Positions 12,279 to 24,403 are shown, counted from the stretch's first letter. The stretch: DNA of 64,000 nucleotides from Histomonas meleagridis 2922-C6/04-290x (GCA_020184695.1 JAANOX010000244.1:62001-126000); one strand, 5' to 3'. Notes: generated by a model from the sequence alone, not told the origin. Program-made: numbers and translations.

Positions 12279-13982
12279 TTAGTGCATTCCGGGTATTCCT
12301 CCCATCTGAGGCATTGGCATTCCTCCTCTTCCACGTTGTATATTCTGTTGTTGACCGGGCATTCCGGTGTCGAAAGTTGTCTCATGTTCCGGAATAGACA
12401 CTGTCTCGTCGACGGAGAGGATTGTGCACGCCGCCTCTGTCGCCGCCTTCAACGCGTTCATCTTCACCACCAGCGGCTCCCAAATGAACTCCTTCACTGC
12501 GTCCACGACGTCTCCTTTCTCTATGTCCACTCCCATCCAGACAGCGCCTTCGTTATCTTTCGCGTGTGCGAATCTCAGTTTGTTCAATATTTCGAACGAA
12601 TCGAATCCCGCGTTATTCGCTAATGCTCTTGGAATACTTTCGAGCGCATTCGCGTATGCTTGGATGATTAATTGGCTCTTTCCGTCCATTTTCATCGCCT
12701 TCTCATTTAACGTTTTGGCTAATGTCATCTCGACAGCGCCCGCGCCGCCGACGATTCTTCCGGCCTTCTTCGCCCTGCGCACGATCATTATCGCGTCGTG
12801 TATACTACGTTCGGCCTCTTCTAGGAATTGCTTCGCGCCGCCACGTAATACAATTGTCGCCGATTTGCCTTTGCAGCCAGTGAATACATTGAACCGCTTC
12901 TTTCCGACTTGACGCTCTTCGAACGTTTCGCACGTGCCAAGCGACTCTTGGTGGATGTCTGTCGTTGTCGATAATATGATGCCGCCGGTGGCTTTCGCTG
13001 TGCGGTTCATATCTTCTTCGGGTACGCGACCGGCGCAGAAGATGTCGTGGTCAGCAAAGAACTGCGTTGCGATGTCGCCGATTGGCTTTCGACTTAAGAC
13101 AACATTAGCGCCGCAGTTGAGACAGTTGTTAAGCTTGTCTTGAATGATCTTCCATTCGGCATCGACGATTTCTTGATACTTCTTCGGGTCGTCGACACGA
13201 ACTTCGGAATCTGACGATGCACCTTGTAACTCTAATTCAACATTTAGGAGTAATATCTTGGGGTTGGTAAAGTGCTTGGGCTGTTGGTCAAAGCCAGCAT
13301 AGAAAAATGTGCGCTTGAATGCAACGCCGGGAACAAAGAATGAATCTTCAATGCCACCACCTTTGACCATCTTAACACCTAAATCTTCAATGCGTAGGTT
13401 GGAGTCAAGGCTTTCGACAGCATCAACAATCATTTTGGCAAAGAATTCGCGCTTGTCACTGACTAATTTGGAACGTAATGTTGTCGCTGCACAGCTTTCG
13501 AGAATTGATCGCTCACTACCATTGATCGTGACTGCAATTTTGTCGAGAGTTTGAACAACTGTGTTAAGGGCATTACGATAGCAACGACATATGAATTGTG
13601 GATGAACACCATCTTCTAAATATGGTCGAGCTGCATCAAGAAGAGCACAGCTAAGAACAACAACAGAGGTGGTGCCATCACCAATTTCTTCATCTTGGGA
13701 TTTAGCAACTTCAACTAGAAGTTGTGCTGCTGGATGAACTATATCAAGTTCACGCATAACAGTAGCGCCATCATTGGTTACAATGGCACGTTTATCACCA
13801 TTATGGATTAACTTGTCCATACCACGTGGACCTAATGTTGTTGATAGAATTTCGCCAATAGCATGGCATGCATTGATGTTGGAAATAATTTGTCCTAATC
13901 CTTGCGATTGATCTGTTCCTTCTCTGAGAAGAATAATTGGAGGACGAATGAATTGGGTCATTGAAAGTGGCCAAACAGACAT
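12279..13982 (-). CDS. CCT7: T-complex protein 1 subunit eta (CCT7)
   Basis: Motifs LLREGTD.SQG..QIISNINAC, TLGPRGMDKL, EIGDGTTSVV, GVAFKRTFFYAGF.QQPK, ERSIHDAIMIV and Gly/Met-rich tail. An alternative ATG lies at 13961. Confidence 0.93.
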   Translation of the reverse strand: MSVWPLSMTQFIRPPIILLREGTDQSQGLGQIISNINACHAIGEILSTTLGPRGMDKLIHNGDKRAIVTNDGATVMRELDIVHPAAQLLVEVAKSQDEEIGDGTTSVVVLSCALLDAARPYLEDGVHPQFICRCYRNALNTVVQTLDKIAVTINGSERSILESCAATTLRSKLVSDKREFFAKMIVDAVESLDSNLRIEDLGVKMVKGGGIEDSFFVPGVAFKRTFFYAGFDQQPKHFTNPKILLLNVELELQGASSDSEVRVDDPKKYQEIVDAEWKIIQDKLNNCLNCGANVVLSRKPIGDIATQFFADHDIFCAGRVPEEDMNRTAKATGGIILSTTTDIHQESLGTCETFEERQVGKKRFNVFTGCKGKSATIVLRGGAKQFLEEAERSIHDAIMIVRRAKKAGRIVGGAGAVEMTLAKTLNEKAMKMDGKSQLIIQAYANALESIPRALANNAGFDSFEILNKLRFAHAKDNEGAVWMGVDIEKGDVVDAVKEFIWEPLVVKMNALKAATEAACTILSVDETVSIPEHETTFDTGMPGQQQNIQRGRGGMPMPQMGGIPGMH

Positions 13983-14149
13983 AAACGGTCGTTGAATAAA
14001 CGTATTTTGCGGTTTGACAGTACAAAAAGTTATGCTTTTTATCGTTTTTTATTTTTTCTTCTATCCTGTGATTTACAAGAAATCTAAAGATATAATAAAA
14101 TTATAAATACCTTAAACAAGTAAAATTTAAAAAAATATTGATGAATTCC

Positions 14150-14550
14150 CAAAAAAGGAATTGAAATTAACGCTAAAGATATTTATCACTTTTATTTAGA
14201 ATTTATTTTAATATTTTGATATTTAAAAATAGTACCTGAAAATTATTTAAATTATATGAAGCACCACTTACATTAACATGAATGAAAGGTAATAATGAAA
14301 TTGTTAAATTACTACTTGAACAAAAAGGAATTGATATCAATACTAAAGATATTTAATAATTTTATTTAATATTTATTTTGATAATTTTTGTTTTTAAAAT
14401 AATATTTGGAAATTATTTAAAATGTTTAAAACAGCGCTTGAACATGCAACTATGTTTTGTCGGACAGAGATTGCTAAATTGTTTTTTAAACAAAAAGGAA
14501 TTGCGAATAATGTCAAAAACATTTGTAACATAATGCAAATCCATCCATGA
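14150..14550 (+). pseudogene. Orphan ankyrin-repeat fragment carrying two 80-nt linkers (8 x 17-nt spacers)
   Basis: KGIEINAKD-[14181-14260]-APLTLT*MKGNNEIVKLLLEQKGIDINTKD-[14351-14430]-TALEHA. It has an in-frame TGA and no start context, and belongs to the same subfamily as 28251-31274. Confidence 0.8.
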
Positions 14551-14697
14551 ATAAACAAGTGTATTAAACTATACTTTGTTACTCCTTTTATTGTATATTA
14601 TTTAGGAAATTGAACTTTTATATTATTTAATTTTTTATTTAAAAAAAAATATTTTTTAATAAATTTACAAACAAATCATAGTTTAATAAACCTCAGC

Positions 14698-17600
14698 TCA
14701 TCCAAAATCACTTATAACCGAAGACGTCAGCATAATATGTTCATCAATTTCCGCTCTGAGTCTTCGATTCTTTATATTTTTCCGATGTAACAATGTCAAA
14801 ATCACAACAATAATTACAATCAATGAAACACCACCAATTGATATGCCAATAATCAAACCTTTTTGGTTCGACTTTGTATCTTTTGTGAAAGTGCAGACAT
14901 TAAAATAATCATCAGGTTCCATTGCAAGAATCTGATTCCATTCTTTTGTATTATTAACGTTATAATTTGGGTAATTCTTAGTATATGGTAAGCATAACGT
15001 GATATCATAAACATAATGTCCTTTTATGTTAACTTTACTTCGATTTGTATTCTCGAAAATTTGTGAATTAAAATTTGGAGGTTGATCAGGAAATGATAAA
15101 ATTGAAAGTGATGAACAACCTTCAAAAATGTTCTTAGATTCACTTGATACTGTATTTAATAAAGGCACATGAATAACCGAAAGAGAAGAACATCCTTTGA
15201 AAAAACCGTCTCCTTCGATATTAAGTAAACTATCGAAAATCACCTTTTTGAGTAATTTACAATTTTCGAATGCGTTACTTTTTATCGTTTGTAAACGTTT
15301 CAATTCGATTTCTTCGATGGAAAAACAATTTAAAAATGCATATTCATCAATACTTAAAACATTTTCAAACGAAACATTCTTTAAGTTATAACAATTTGCG
15401 AAACAATATAAATTAATTGATTTAACTTTTGGTAAAACTACATCAAAAAGATTTGTACAGTTTCTAAATACTTCTTCTTCAATTTTTAATAAGTTTGGAA
15501 ATGAAATATTAACAATCGAAACGCAATCCTTAAATGAAACACTCGAAATAGTTTCAATATTTGGGAAATAAACATTTTGTAAATTTATACAGTTTTCAAA
15601 TGACGCAAAACCAATCGATTTAATGTTGAGAAGTGAAATATTAACTAATGAAACGCAATCTTTAAATGAATAATAATTTATAGTTTGAAGTTTCGTTAAA
15701 TTTATATTTTCCAAATTTTTACAATTTTCAAATGCAGAGTCATCAATTATTAATGCATTATCAAAAAATATATTAACTAAAGAAACGCAATTCTTAAATG
15801 AATTACAATAAACATTTTCTAAATTTGGTAAATTTATATTTGTTAAATTTGTACAATTCTCAAATGTTGATTTACTTATAGTTATAACATTTGGGAAATC
15901 AATGAATTTAATTAATTCACAATTAGAAAAAGCATTTTCACCAATTCTTTGTAAGTTTGGTATATCGAAATTTTGTAATTTTTTACAATTATTAAAAGAA
16001 TTTTGTTTTATTTCTGTTAAATTTAACATTGTAATTGATATAATGTTTTCACATGATTGAAATACACCGTCTTCAATAATTGTTATATTATTATTATTAA
16101 TATTTTTTATTTGTTTACAATATGAAAAACAATTCGATCCAATTGATTTCAATTTAGGAAAGTTAATTTCTGTAACAGATGAATTCATAAAACATTCATT
16201 TCCAAGAATTTCGATATTTGGAATATATAAATTTGTAATTTTATTTTGGTTTTGGAAACATTTATCACCAATTTCCTTTAAGTTTTGTGCAACAAATATA
16301 TCTAAAGTTGTATTTTTAAAAACATCTTTACCAATATATTCCAATTTCATAGAATAAAACGAATTTAAATTTATGCAATTTTGAAATGCATAATCATCAC
16401 AATATTTTAACACAGGAAAAATATTTCCTTGAACATAACTATAAGAAAAAGAAGAAATTCCAACATATTCTAAAAAAGGAAAAACTACAGAAGAAATATC
16501 AGAATTATAAAAACATTTATCGCCAACTTTAACAACAAAAAATTGTAAAACATTTCCAACTGTTGACATAAAACTTGTATTTTCAAAACAAGAATTACCG
16601 AATTCTTTACAAATTGGAATATTAATAGTTTTGATCAGTTGATTTGAAAATAAATAATCAGAAGCGTTTTCAAGATTATAAAGATTAAAGTTTCTAATTG
16701 AATTTTGACCTTGAAATAAAGAATTTTCACATTTCTTTAAATTCGGTGCGGTAAATGTTGTTAAAAAATTACATAAATTAAATAAATATTGTCCAGCTTC
16801 AATTAAATTAGGAAATACACATTCTTCTAAAAATATACATCTTTCGAAAACTTCGTCGCCGATTTTTTCAACACTTAAAAAGTTAACTGTAGTAAGTGAT
16901 ATACAATTAGAAAATGCGAAATCATCAATGATTTTAACATATGGAAAATCAACGGATTTCAAATTAGTACAAAATGAAAACGAAGATATATTTATATATT
17001 GAAGATTAGGTAAATCAAATGTTTCTAAATTAAGACAATCATAAAAACATCTTTTCGAACAATTCTCTAAATTTGGAATTGAAACATGTTTTAAATTTTT
17101 ACAATCTAAAAAACATTCTTTACCAATAGTAATAACTTCAGGTAATAAAATATCTTCTAAACTTTTACATGCTTCAAATACATTATTTCCGATAGTTTTC
17201 ACGTTTTCATCAATAGTAATTTGATATAAATTTGAACATTTTGTGAAAACACCATTTTTAATATTAATAATTGAGCTTGGAATAATAATTTCTTTTAATG
17301 ATTCACAATTATAAAATAAAAAGTTATTAATTTCTTGAATGTTTTCACTTAATGAAATTGTTTCTAAACTTGTGCAACCAAAAAATGTATAATCACCAAT
17401 TGATGTTACTGAATTTGGAATTATTATATTTATTAATGATAAACAATCACAAAAAACAGATGAGCAAATTGTTTTAACTGAATTTGGAATTGTTATTTCA
17501 AATAATGAAGAACATTCATTAAATAAGAAATCATTAAATATTGTAATTGTATTTGAAATTGTTATATTATTTAATGAACTACATCCAACAAATACACTTT

Positions 17601-18855
17601 CTCCAATTGATGTAACTGTATTTGGAATTATAATATTATTTAATGATATACATAACTCGAATGCGCCATTATTAATTGTTGTTAATGAACTTGGTAAATT
17701 AATATATTTTAAATTTGAACAACTTGAAAATAAAAAACTTTCAAATGTTTTAACATTTTCACTCATTTGTACTATCTCTAAACTAGAACATGAAGCAAAT
17801 GCATATTGAGAAATCGAAGTTACTGAATTTGGAATTGTGAAATTCCTTAAAAATGAACATGAATAAAACGAATAATTTCCAATTGTTTTAATATTATCAC
17901 CAATAATAACTGTTTGTAAAACATTACAACAATAAAATGCATTAGATCCAATTGAAGTAACTAAGTTTGGTATTATGATTTTAGACAATGAATAACAATT
18001 ACAAAATAATGAATTACTAATTGATGTAATTGAGCTTGAAATTGTAATATTTTGTAATGAAAAACATTCAAAAAATACATTTTCTTCAATTAACGTTACT
18101 GAATTAGGAATATTAACATTAACTAAACCACTTTTTTGAAATGCACTACTTTTAATTGTTGTAATTGAAGTTGGAATAATAATATTAAATAATTATAAAC
18201 ATGATTCCAATAAATTGTCATTAATTGTTTTTATGTTTTCGCTTAATTTTATTGCTTCTAATTTATAACAAAATGAAAATGCACTTGAACAAATTAATGT
18301 TACAGAGTTTGGAATTATTAAATTTTTTAATATAGTGCAATAATAAAATGAATAATTTCCAATTGTTTTAATGCTTTCAGGGATTGTGATACTTTCCAAC
18401 GTATAACAACATGCAAAAACAGAATTATTAATTAAATTAATGCTATTCGGTATGATAAAAGTTTTTAATGAACTACATATGTAAAATGTGTTTTCCCATA
18501 TGGAAGTAATCGAATTTGGAATTATAATTTTTGTTAAAGAACTACAAGCTTCAAACGCAGAGTTTTGTATTGTTTCAACACTGTTACCTAAAATTACAGT
18601 TTCAAGATTAGAACACATGTAAAAGGCAAAGCTTTCAATTGTTTTTATAGAATTTCCAATGTTGACTGTAACAAGTTTAGCCCACAACTTAAAGGCACTT
18701 TGGATAGTTGTCTTAACTTCATCAATAAAAAGATGTTTTGTTAAACTTTGATATTCTTGTGTGAAATCATTTATTTGGCGTATAATTAAAGTGCTATTAT
18801 CTTCAATAAAAACTGTCCTTGTGTGGATCACAAGCACCATAAAAATACAAACCAT
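14698..18855 (-). pseudogene. Large BspA-like LRR membrane protein with one in-frame TAA (18193-18195)
   Basis: ORFs 18193-18855 and 14698-17988 are in the same frame. The 68 codons between them are open and LRR-like (LFNIIIPTSITTIKSSAF). C-terminal TM helix is intact. Confidence 0.8.
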
Positions 18856-19071
18856 GTTGTTGAGCCTAATAAAGGGAAATGATCGAAAATTTTGGAATTA
18901 CACAAACGTTCGCTTCAAAACCGAAATTTGAAAGGAAAACGATCAAAGAAGCCGTTTAGTTAAATCAGTTAATTCATTCATTACAGTAAAATTAAATAAC
19001 AAAGATTTTTATTAAAATAAAAATATTTTTATATGTTCCTCATTAAATTTTATTTCTAATATATCTTGTAT

Positions 19072-21666
19072 TTAGAGATCTTGATTATATAATGGGATAG
19101 TTGAGTTTATAGAGTTATTATCTTCCGCGCCTAATTTACCTATTTGTTCCTTAAGAAAGTCTTCGATTTCGACGAATATTTTTTCATCTTCATTTTCGAT
19201 ATCGTTCATAATTTCTTCGATTTTCTTTAACATATCATCATCGATGTTTTCATTTTCAAGTTTCATTTTTTCTTTGATAATTTCTTTCAAAGAATTTTTC
19301 AAGTTATTAACATATTCCTTGTTTTTACTTATTTCATCTTTAATCAATTTTTGCATTTCATATATTATGTCATCAATTTCTTCGTTATTTTCATCTAGTT
19401 CTTCTTTTATAACATCTTTCATATCTTTAAATAATAGTTCGATATGTTCATTAATTTTTATTATTTCGCTTTTTATCAATTCTTTTATTTCATTTATTAA
19501 ATCGTCAAGATTTTCATTATCGAGTTGCTTTTTGATTATGTTATCTAATTTCTTAACAAATTCTTTATCAATATATTCATTGTCTTCATCAAGTTGTATG
19601 TTTAATACTTTTTCCATATCTTTTAATAAGGCATTTAACTTTTCTTTGTTTTCATCAATTCCTTCTTTTAATATCTTTTCCATACTCTTCATTAAGTCAT
19701 CTTCAATATTTTCATCATCATTTTCATTGTTAAATAATAACTTTTCCATATTCTTTAAAAAGTCATTATCAATGTTATCATAATTTTCATTTTCTTCTTT
19801 TAATTCTTTTTCCATATCTTTTATTAAATTTTCAAGACTATTTTTGTTAGTATCGATTTCTTTATCATTAATATCGTCATCTTTAAGAACTTTTTCTTCT
19901 TTTTTAGGTTTTTCTATTTTTGTTTTATTTATATGCGTTTTATTAACATTATTTTCACTATCTTTAATAATTTCTTTCATGAAATCATTATGATTAAATG
20001 AATTTTGTTTTTTCTTTTTCTTTTTGTTTTCATCTGGAGAATCCTTTTGTTTTATAACACTTAATTTTATTTCTTTAACAATTTCATTATTATTTTTCGG
20101 TGTTTCTTCTTCTTCAGTTTCATTATTATCATTATCTTCTTTTATTATCATCTCAATTTCTTCCATTATCTCTTGATTTTCGTTTTCATCATTTTCAGTT
20201 GTATTATTTTCTTCTCCATTATTATTAATTCTTATTTCTGTTGAATCTTTATTAAATAAAACATCAAAATTAGTATTTTGCCCGAGTATACCTTCGAGAA
20301 AATTACCGATTTTACCGAAAAAGTTATTATTTTTATTGTTTTCATCAATTTTAATATTATTTTCTTTTAATCGAAAATCAGTTAAATTCGATTCTTCACT
20401 TAATTTATAATGTTCAATTATCCAATTTTTTAATGTTTCAACTTCGATTTTCGATCTATATATAAATGGTTGTTTATCATTTTTATGATAACAGACAAAT
20501 AAAGGAAATCCATCCGATGTTGGCACAAATGGTGATTGCGAATCTTTTTCCATTTTATAAAATCGAATTGTATAATTTTCACTTTCGAGTATTTTAACAA
20601 CAGTTTGATATATTAAATTGGATTCCAAAACAGAAAATGAATTCGAATTCGAAATAAACAACACAGATAAATATTCATTATCAGGAATTTTATCTTCGAA
20701 ATTTTGTGTCGTTAATGATGAAGATAAACTATTAAAATTAAAAAATTTTGTTCCTAAATTATTTAACGTTATACTTTTTGTTACTTTATTAACCCAAAAT
20801 GAAAATAACTCAGGACTAAACACATCAATATCAGGAAATACATAACATTTAGAATCAGTATGTATTACATATGTTAAATCATTTTGTGATATGGAACAAA
20901 ATTCCATTAATTCTTGTGACTCATTCCATGTTGTAATATTAAAGTCAATAAAATCAGAAAAATAATTCGATATTTTGTTAAATGTATTTGTGGCATTTTC
21001 GGAATATTTGTCTGTAATCGCTGTTATTTGGAATGAATGAATCGGATATTCTGAATGTTGTGTTATTTCTGTTTTGGTGCCTTTTAATAATTTACAACTT
21101 CTGACAAATTGAATCATTGAAATAGAATCGTTCTTGTCAAAAAATCTTGAGATATTTAATTTGTGATTAAAAAATTCTAAGGAGAAATTTGTGCTTTGAT
21201 AATACCCAAAGTTGGCTTTAGTTTTGGAATAAAGATATGCAATGTCTTCAAATTCTAATAATGATTCATTACCAGTTAATAAAAATGATGAATGATTTGA
21301 TAAACGAAATGTTTCAATTGTGGATTCATTTAAATGTTCAACATGGGAAATCATGCAGTTTTGTATTTCTTCAATTAATTTGTCTTCTGAAATATTTTCT
21401 AAAATAACTTTCATTGGTTGACCATTCCTAAGAATAACATAATTGGTACAAGCTGCACTTAAAATTGAAAAGTAAAAGGAATCCTTCTTTCCAGGATATG
21501 CCGAAACTATCGCTTTTATGTTGTTGATTTTTTTGGGTATATTAATTAATAAATTTTGAATCTTTGAATCTACAAGACCAAAACTTTGAACTACAACCTC
21601 AAGTGTTATATTTACATCAAGAAATATTTTTTCTGATATAACAAAAGTAATGAGTAAGAATAACAT
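19072..21666 (-). CDS. Secreted/ER protein with degenerate thioredoxin-like domains and a long acidic coiled-coil tail
   Basis: Signal peptide MLFLLITFVIS, PDI-like segments (GFPLFVCYHKNDKQPFIYRSKIEVETLKNWI), E/D/K/N-rich C-terminal half, ends NQDL. Confidence 0.55.
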   Translation of the reverse strand: MLFLLITFVISEKIFLDVNITLEVVVQSFGLVDSKIQNLLINIPKKINNIKAIVSAYPGKKDSFYFSILSAACTNYVILRNGQPMKVILENISEDKLIEEIQNCMISHVEHLNESTIETFRLSNHSSFLLTGNESLLEFEDIAYLYSKTKANFGYYQSTNFSLEFFNHKLNISRFFDKNDSISMIQFVRSCKLLKGTKTEITQHSEYPIHSFQITAITDKYSENATNTFNKISNYFSDFIDFNITTWNESQELMEFCSISQNDLTYVIHTDSKCYVFPDIDVFSPELFSFWVNKVTKSITLNNLGTKFFNFNSLSSSLTTQNFEDKIPDNEYLSVLFISNSNSFSVLESNLIYQTVVKILESENYTIRFYKMEKDSQSPFVPTSDGFPLFVCYHKNDKQPFIYRSKIEVETLKNWIIEHYKLSEESNLTDFRLKENNIKIDENNKNNNFFGKIGNFLEGILGQNTNFDVLFNKDSTEIRINNNGEENNTTENDENENQEIMEEIEMIIKEDNDNNETEEEETPKNNNEIVKEIKLSVIKQKDSPDENKKKKKKQNSFNHNDFMKEIIKDSENNVNKTHINKTKIEKPKKEEKVLKDDDINDKEIDTNKNSLENLIKDMEKELKEENENYDNIDNDFLKNMEKLLFNNENDDENIEDDLMKSMEKILKEGIDENKEKLNALLKDMEKVLNIQLDEDNEYIDKEFVKKLDNIIKKQLDNENLDDLINEIKELIKSEIIKINEHIELLFKDMKDVIKEELDENNEEIDDIIYEMQKLIKDEISKNKEYVNNLKNSLKEIIKEKMKLENENIDDDMLKKIEEIMNDIENEDEKIFVEIEDFLKEQIGKLGAEDNNSINSTIPLYNQDL

Positions 21667-21764
21667 AGAAGCTAATAAACGACCGTTATCTCAAGAAGTA
21701 AACGGCTTATTGAATAAACGTTCGTTTTGATTGAAATGCTTTGGTCGAGAAGAAAAATTCTTTT

Positions 21765-23114
21765 ATGATTCTTCATTTACATCCATCAACATTCAATGAA
21801 CTACCAATTAGTAATGGCTTAAAAAAATCATTGACTGCAAATGGCTTCATAAATTTAAAACCAATTCAAAGTGAAGCAATTCCACATTTACTAGCTGGCA
21901 GAAATGTTCTTGGTGCATCACCTACAGGTAGTGGTAAAACTCTTGCATTTCTTGTTCCAGTCATAGAACTTCTTACATATTCTCGTGCTAGACCAGAACA
22001 TGGAACAATAGCAATAATTTTATCACCTTCTCGTGAACTTGCACAGCAAACTTACAGTGTTGCAAATGATTTAATTAAACCACTTTCACAAAAAGCATTT
22101 CCAATTATTGGTGGACAAAAAGGATTTAATGATGAAGCCTATCAATTAAGAACAAAAGGTCAGAATTTATTAATTGCAACTCCAGGTAGACTTAGGCAAC
22201 ATCTTGAAGGTGGCTATATTAATTTACAGAACTTCCAATTTCTTGTTATAGATGAAGCAGATCGAATGCTTGAAGCAGGTTTTGAAAATGATTTATATTC
22301 CATCTTTTCTTTCATCAAAAAGCCAAGACAAATTGCTTTGTTTTCTGCCACTTTAACAGCAGATGTTGAAGGATTAATGAAATTGAACATTTCATCACCA
22401 CCAATCTTTTGTATTCTATCACAATCCGAAATTGTTACTACGCTTGAGCATTGTTACAGTGTTGTTGAACTTCAAGATAGAGTTGCAATTCTTGCATCTC
22501 TTCTAAAACGTCTTTATAACAAACGTATTGTTGTTTTTGTTGGTGCACGTAAAGAAGCCGAATATCTTGCACGAGTATTTAATGCTATTGACATTGATTG
22601 TGATACATTACATGGAGATCTTTCACAATCAGAACGAAGCTTAGCATTTGTTAAATTTAATCGTAATGAAACCCATATACTAATTGCTACCAACGTGGCA
22701 AGCCGCGGGTTGGACTTTCCAGACGTTGATTGGTCTATATCGTTGGGGCCCCCCGACAGAGTGACAGATTATGTTCATCGTGCAGGAAGAACTGCTCGAA
22801 ATGAAAAATTTGGGCAATCTCTTTTGTTGCTTGCGCCAAATGAAGTAATATTTGCTTCGAAAGTTAGACAAAAAGGAATAACTATAAAGAAGATTGAATT
22901 ACATTTAGAAGATGTTGAAGAGATGAAGCAAATGATGTTAAATGCCATCGAAGGCGGCAGGCATTTTACAGAATTGGCTTTAGAGGCTGTCTTAGGTTTC
23001 GAAAATACATATAGAGCAAGACCTGCAGAAGAAGGAATCAGTATTGACGATATTGATATGAATGATGTTAGAATTTCTTTCGGTTTAGAGCCGGAAGGAA
23101 AATCGAATAAATAA
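21765..23114 (+). CDS. DEAD-box RNA helicase (Has1/DDX18-like)
   Basis: Q motif LKPIQ, SPTGSGKT, SPSRELA, TPGRL, DEAD, SAT, HGD, RGLD, YVHRAGRTAR. Confidence 0.9.
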   Translation: MILHLHPSTFNELPISNGLKKSLTANGFINLKPIQSEAIPHLLAGRNVLGASPTGSGKTLAFLVPVIELLTYSRARPEHGTIAIILSPSRELAQQTYSVANDLIKPLSQKAFPIIGGQKGFNDEAYQLRTKGQNLLIATPGRLRQHLEGGYINLQNFQFLVIDEADRMLEAGFENDLYSIFSFIKKPRQIALFSATLTADVEGLMKLNISSPPIFCILSQSEIVTTLEHCYSVVELQDRVAILASLLKRLYNKRIVVFVGARKEAEYLARVFNAIDIDCDTLHGDLSQSERSLAFVKFNRNETHILIATNVASRGLDFPDVDWSISLGPPDRVTDYVHRAGRTARNEKFGQSLLLLAPNEVIFASKVRQKGITIKKIELHLEDVEEMKQMMLNAIEGGRHFTELALEAVLGFENTYRARPAEEGISIDDIDMNDVRISFGLEPEGKSNK

Positions 23115-23515
23115 AAATATATTTTTTAGAATTTAAATTTTGGGGCAAAATTCATTAGCTGCGAAATTTTGTTTTAGAAATAAAGAAAGCAAATAAAGTG
23201 AATTTATTGGTAATTAAGAATTATCAATGAATATAATTATTTCCTTAATCTTAACCAAATACTTATTAATATTCCAATCAGACAAACTGTTTCAACTTTA
23301 AAAATTATTATGAATATCTCAAAAAACAAATACGATGATTAAATAAATTTTCATTATTAACAAAACCAGTATAAATATATTAATTTCTTGCATTTGAATT
23401 TTATTTATTTCAGATTCAAATAATATTCTTTTCGAGGCATAAGCGAAAAATGAAAACGAAATTAATATTTAATAAATTCATCAGGAAAACATAAATCAAA
23501 AAACCTTTTTAACAA

Positions 23516-24346
23516 CTATTCTTTATGTGCACTCGCAGGCGATGCAATGCTTTTTAAGTTATTCATTCTTTCGTCCAATGCATCATATCTTTTATTAATG
23601 GTATCAATAACACCATCTGTGTATTTCGAAACAAACTCTTTAATATCTTCAAGATTGAGCTTATCCTCATTTATTGGAACACTGAACAGCGGAAATTCGT
23701 TTTCGTTGAGTGGAACAAATTCTTCAAATTCGGATAATGGAATTGGATCAACAGGTTGAAAAACCTTTTTAAGTTCTAACCTATATGTTGGAGCAACGCG
23801 AATGTAAAATGGATGAAGAATAAGACGTAGTGGTCGAAGGAAAGTGTTGATTTCGTAATTGATGATATCTTGAGTTTCCTTGAGAGTGAAATGCGGTTCG
23901 CCATTTGAGTTCATTTCTGTAAAGGCTGCTTGAAACTGGTTGAATAATTCATTTCGTAAATCATCATATGAGATTTCATGATTTGCCTGAATTTTTTGAA
24001 CAGCATTCTTAAGCATTCTATGAAATGTCCGACATACAAATTGTGTCTTTTCAGCATTGAACTTTTTTTCTATACAATATAATCCGTTTCCTAATTGAAA
24101 ATCGATTAATGTTGTGGATTTTTCATTATACTGATAATCTTCTTCTTGAATGGAAAACATTAAAAGGAGTTGTTGAATTTGCTCTTCAGTGCTTTTACAA
24201 TCTAAAAATTTTTGTGTTGCTGAAAGTGTCCATCCATTTCCTGCAACAAGTTTTTCACTTGCATCGTCACCCCTTTTTCCTCTTGGTGAATGTTTCCTAT
24301 GTTTCTTTTTACTTGGCGCTTTTCTTGCACCTTCTGGTAATTCCAT
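23516..24346 (-). CDS. Conserved hypothetical protein, possibly flagellar C1a-32/CABCOCO1-like
   Basis: First ATG (MELPEGARK) at 24346. LIDFQLGNGLYCIEKKFNAEKTQFV resembles the C1a-32 family core. Confidence 0.45.
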   Translation of the reverse strand: MELPEGARKAPSKKKHRKHSPRGKRGDDASEKLVAGNGWTLSATQKFLDCKSTEEQIQQLLLMFSIQEEDYQYNEKSTTLIDFQLGNGLYCIEKKFNAEKTQFVCRTFHRMLKNAVQKIQANHEISYDDLRNELFNQFQAAFTEMNSNGEPHFTLKETQDIINYEINTFLRPLRLILHPFYIRVAPTYRLELKKVFQPVDPIPLSEFEEFVPLNENEFPLFSVPINEDKLNLEDIKEFVSKYTDGVIDTINKRYDALDERMNNLKSIASPASAHKE

Positions 24347-24403
24347 TATTGAGACCGTTAATATGACATTTTTTAAAAGCTTAGAAAAAAAAGCGGCAAA
24401 AAA

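Noticed and set aside
12282-13554. Plus-strand ORFs antisense to CCT7 (also those antisense to H2B, ARPC3, 19072-21666 and 58441-59376)
   Set aside because: Shadow ORFs arising from codon bias or low complexity of the real gene.
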